Source of the DNA: the human T2T-CHM13v2.0 reference genome, Homo sapiens
Assembly (NCBI RefSeq): GCF_009914755.1
Contig: NC_060927.1
DNA length: 64,000 bases
Reading direction: 5' to 3' (one strand)
Positions within the stretch are counted from its first letter, which is position 1. Each line of letters starts with the position of its first letter. Under the pieces are notes generated by a model. The model was not told where the DNA came from and made no database searches. It worked only from the letters and a program-made list of their open reading frames with translations. Below are positions 57,525-64,000 of the stretch, one piece after another. The position numbers and the translations under genes were made by a program.

Positions 57525-57630
57525 GCAGACATTTATTGATCACTTACTGTGTGCCAGGCCCTGTGATAGGAATGGAGGTAGAGAAGACACAATCCCTTGC
57601 CCTCAAAGGTTTCAGTGACAGAAGAAATAG
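57525..57630 (-). mobile_element. L2 3' end
   Basis: CATTTATTGATCACTTACTGTGTGCCAGGCCCTGTG...CCCTTGCCCTCAAAG. Confidence 0.85.
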
Positions 57631-57682
57631 ATGAAGAGAATGAGGCCTGAAGTCATTTGCTCATGGTCCTACAGGCACAGAG

Positions 57683-58206
57683 CAGGGGTGCCCAACCCCC
57701 GGGCCATGGACCTCTACCAGTCCGTGACCTGTTGGAACCAGGCTGCACAGCAGGTGGTCAGTGGCGGGCAAGTGGGCGAAGCTTCATCTGTATTTACAGC
57801 CACTCCCCATTACTCACATTACTGCCTGAACTTCACCTCCTGTCAGATTGCAGCGGTATTGGATTCTCATAGGAGCGTGAACCCTATTGTGAACTGCACA
57901 TGCGAGGGATATATTTTGCGTGCTCCTTATGAGAATCTAATGCCTGATGATCTGTCACTGTCTCCCATCATCCCCAGATGGGACCATCTAGTTTTGGGAA
58001 AACAAGCTCAGGGCTCCCACTGATTCCACTGATGGTGAGTTGTATAATTACTTCATTATATATTACAATGTAATAGTAATAGAAATAGCATGAACAATAA
58101 ATGTAAAGTACTTGAATCAACCTGAAACTATCCCCATGCCCCAATCCATGGAAAAATTGGAGACCACAGAACTGGTCCCTGATGCCAAAAAGGTTGGGGA
58201 CCACTG
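57683..58206. mobile_element. MER1A (hAT-Charlie), full length
   Basis: Inverted repeats CAGGGGTGCCCAACC ... GGTTGGGGACCACTG; 8-bp TSD GCACAGAG / GCATCGAG; 524 bp. Confidence 0.95.
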
Positions 58207-59288
58207 GCATCGAGGATAGAATAGGGACCAGAAAGAGATTGTGCAGCCGTCCTTCTAGATCTGGTTCTTGTCAACCACTCCATCTCCCTAATGTGGGACA
58301 TGGCAGAAGAGTTACAACTAGAGTAAAATAATTCTTGTTGTGAGTTGCAAACTTTATGGGCTCCATGTTTAAATTATATTATTAAAATATGTATTTTGTG
58401 TTTGATATTAATCTCATAGACATTTAGGAGAACGATTAGATTTCTGATGCCTCTAGGCATTCAGAAGTCTCTAACTCACATGCTGCATTGTCTGAAAGGT
58501 TCTATTTTGTGATAGTGCTTCTTGGGCATCAGTGGGGACAGCTTAGAAAGCTTGTCGTTGCATCTAAATAAATACTGAGAGTTTGGATATGTTTCTAAGT
58601 TCCTTTCCTTTGAACTGTGGGGCATAAATCTCACGAGACAGCTTGTTCTCAAGAGGTTACCAGTACGTTTGGTTCTAGTCTGTCCACAAATATTGTGAGA
58701 ACAGGCTTATTCAGATTATTTTGACATGCTCAGACAAGGCGTTCCGAACCATGTGAGAAATGAACGTGTGTGTGCAAGGGAAATACACACAATGCTACTG
58801 AGCCTCTAAGAGGCTCCATTCCTCGTGTTTTGAGGAGTGGAAATTGTCTCAAAAAATCAGCATCTCAGCTCTCATTCCTAATGTATCAGAATCTAGAAGT
58901 TCTGGTTTTGGAATCTGATATAGTGAGAAATCAGAAGATGTCCTGGGGTGTGGGAGAATGATATGTTCTTTAGTCGAGTTTAAATGAGTTTATTCCTTAA
59001 CTTAGCACTTCCCCAGTGGCACAATAAGCACTCAGTAAATGTTTATTGAAGTGAATTCCAATTCCTGATTTGAATTTAGTGTTGGAGAAATTCCAGTCAC
59101 CGGGCTGATAAAAAGTGGTGTCAGATTACTGGAAAAAGGACTATGTGGAGAAGCTGCTTGCAAGTAATAAACTCTTTGTGTTAGAGTCACCTGTTTTACC
59201 CAATGCCTAGCCTAGATCGTTGAAAAGGAAATTGAAGGATGGTATTCAGATTAAGAAACAGATCCCTGGATTATGTTTAAGAATTTCT

Positions 59289-63557
<4,269 letters not shown>

Positions 63558-64000
63558 ACAATGAGATCACATGGACACAGGAAGGGGAACATCACACTCT
63601 GGGGACTGTTGTGGGGTGGGGGGAGGGGGGAGGGATAGCATTGGGAGATATACCTAATGCTAGATGACGAGTTAGTGGGTGCAGCGCACCAGCATGGCAC
63701 ATGTATACGTATGTAAGTAACCTGCACAATGTGCACATGTACCCTAAAACTTAAAGTATAATAATAATAATAATAATAATAAAAGTTTGGGACGAAAAAA
63801 AAAAAAGAAACAGATCCCTCATGGTATCCCATAAAAGTTACCTTAATTTATGAAAATCCAACCTGTGCAATATGGGTATCTTTTTTACAATAGAAGTGAT
63901 TTATATGGGCTACTCTTCCCATAGCAAGAGTCTCATTGCCTTACCATATAGCTCTTTTGGAATTTTTTTTTTTTAAACTTGAATATATCAGAATGATAGT

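Noticed and set aside
57631-58023. 130-aa ORF
   Set aside because: Lies almost entirely within non-autonomous MER1A; no transposase similarity seen.
63601-63634. G-quadruplex in the L1 3'UTR
   Set aside because: A standard feature of young L1s, not specific to this locus.

Overview
Primate, almost certainly human, genomic DNA from inside the LPP gene (lipoma-preferred partner, zyxin family), transcribed on the + strand. The only host coding feature I can support is one 684-nt internal exon (32386-33069, phase 0/0) encoding the Pro/Tyr/Gly-rich pre-LIM region. The rest is intron: about 10 Alus, L1 copies of several ages, L2/MIR relics, MLT1/MLT2 LTRs, DNA-transposon fossils and microsatellites. 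I see no RNA gene, no CRISPR array and no clearly new biological system. The best leads are: (i) a young L1PA2/3-like element with intact target-site duplications (TSDs), extra non-L1 sequence at both ends and a ~1.5 kb deletion of ORF1 plus the N-terminal endonuclease; (ii) the LPP exon, which would form a stop-free circular ORF if back-spliced and is flanked by inverted Alus; (iii) a candidate poison exon; (iv) a MADE1 hairpin with a compensated base pair; (v) a nested stack of transposons; (vi) several template-switch or duplication scars. Repeat subfamily calls come from my memory of consensus sequences, and boundaries of old repeats are approximate.
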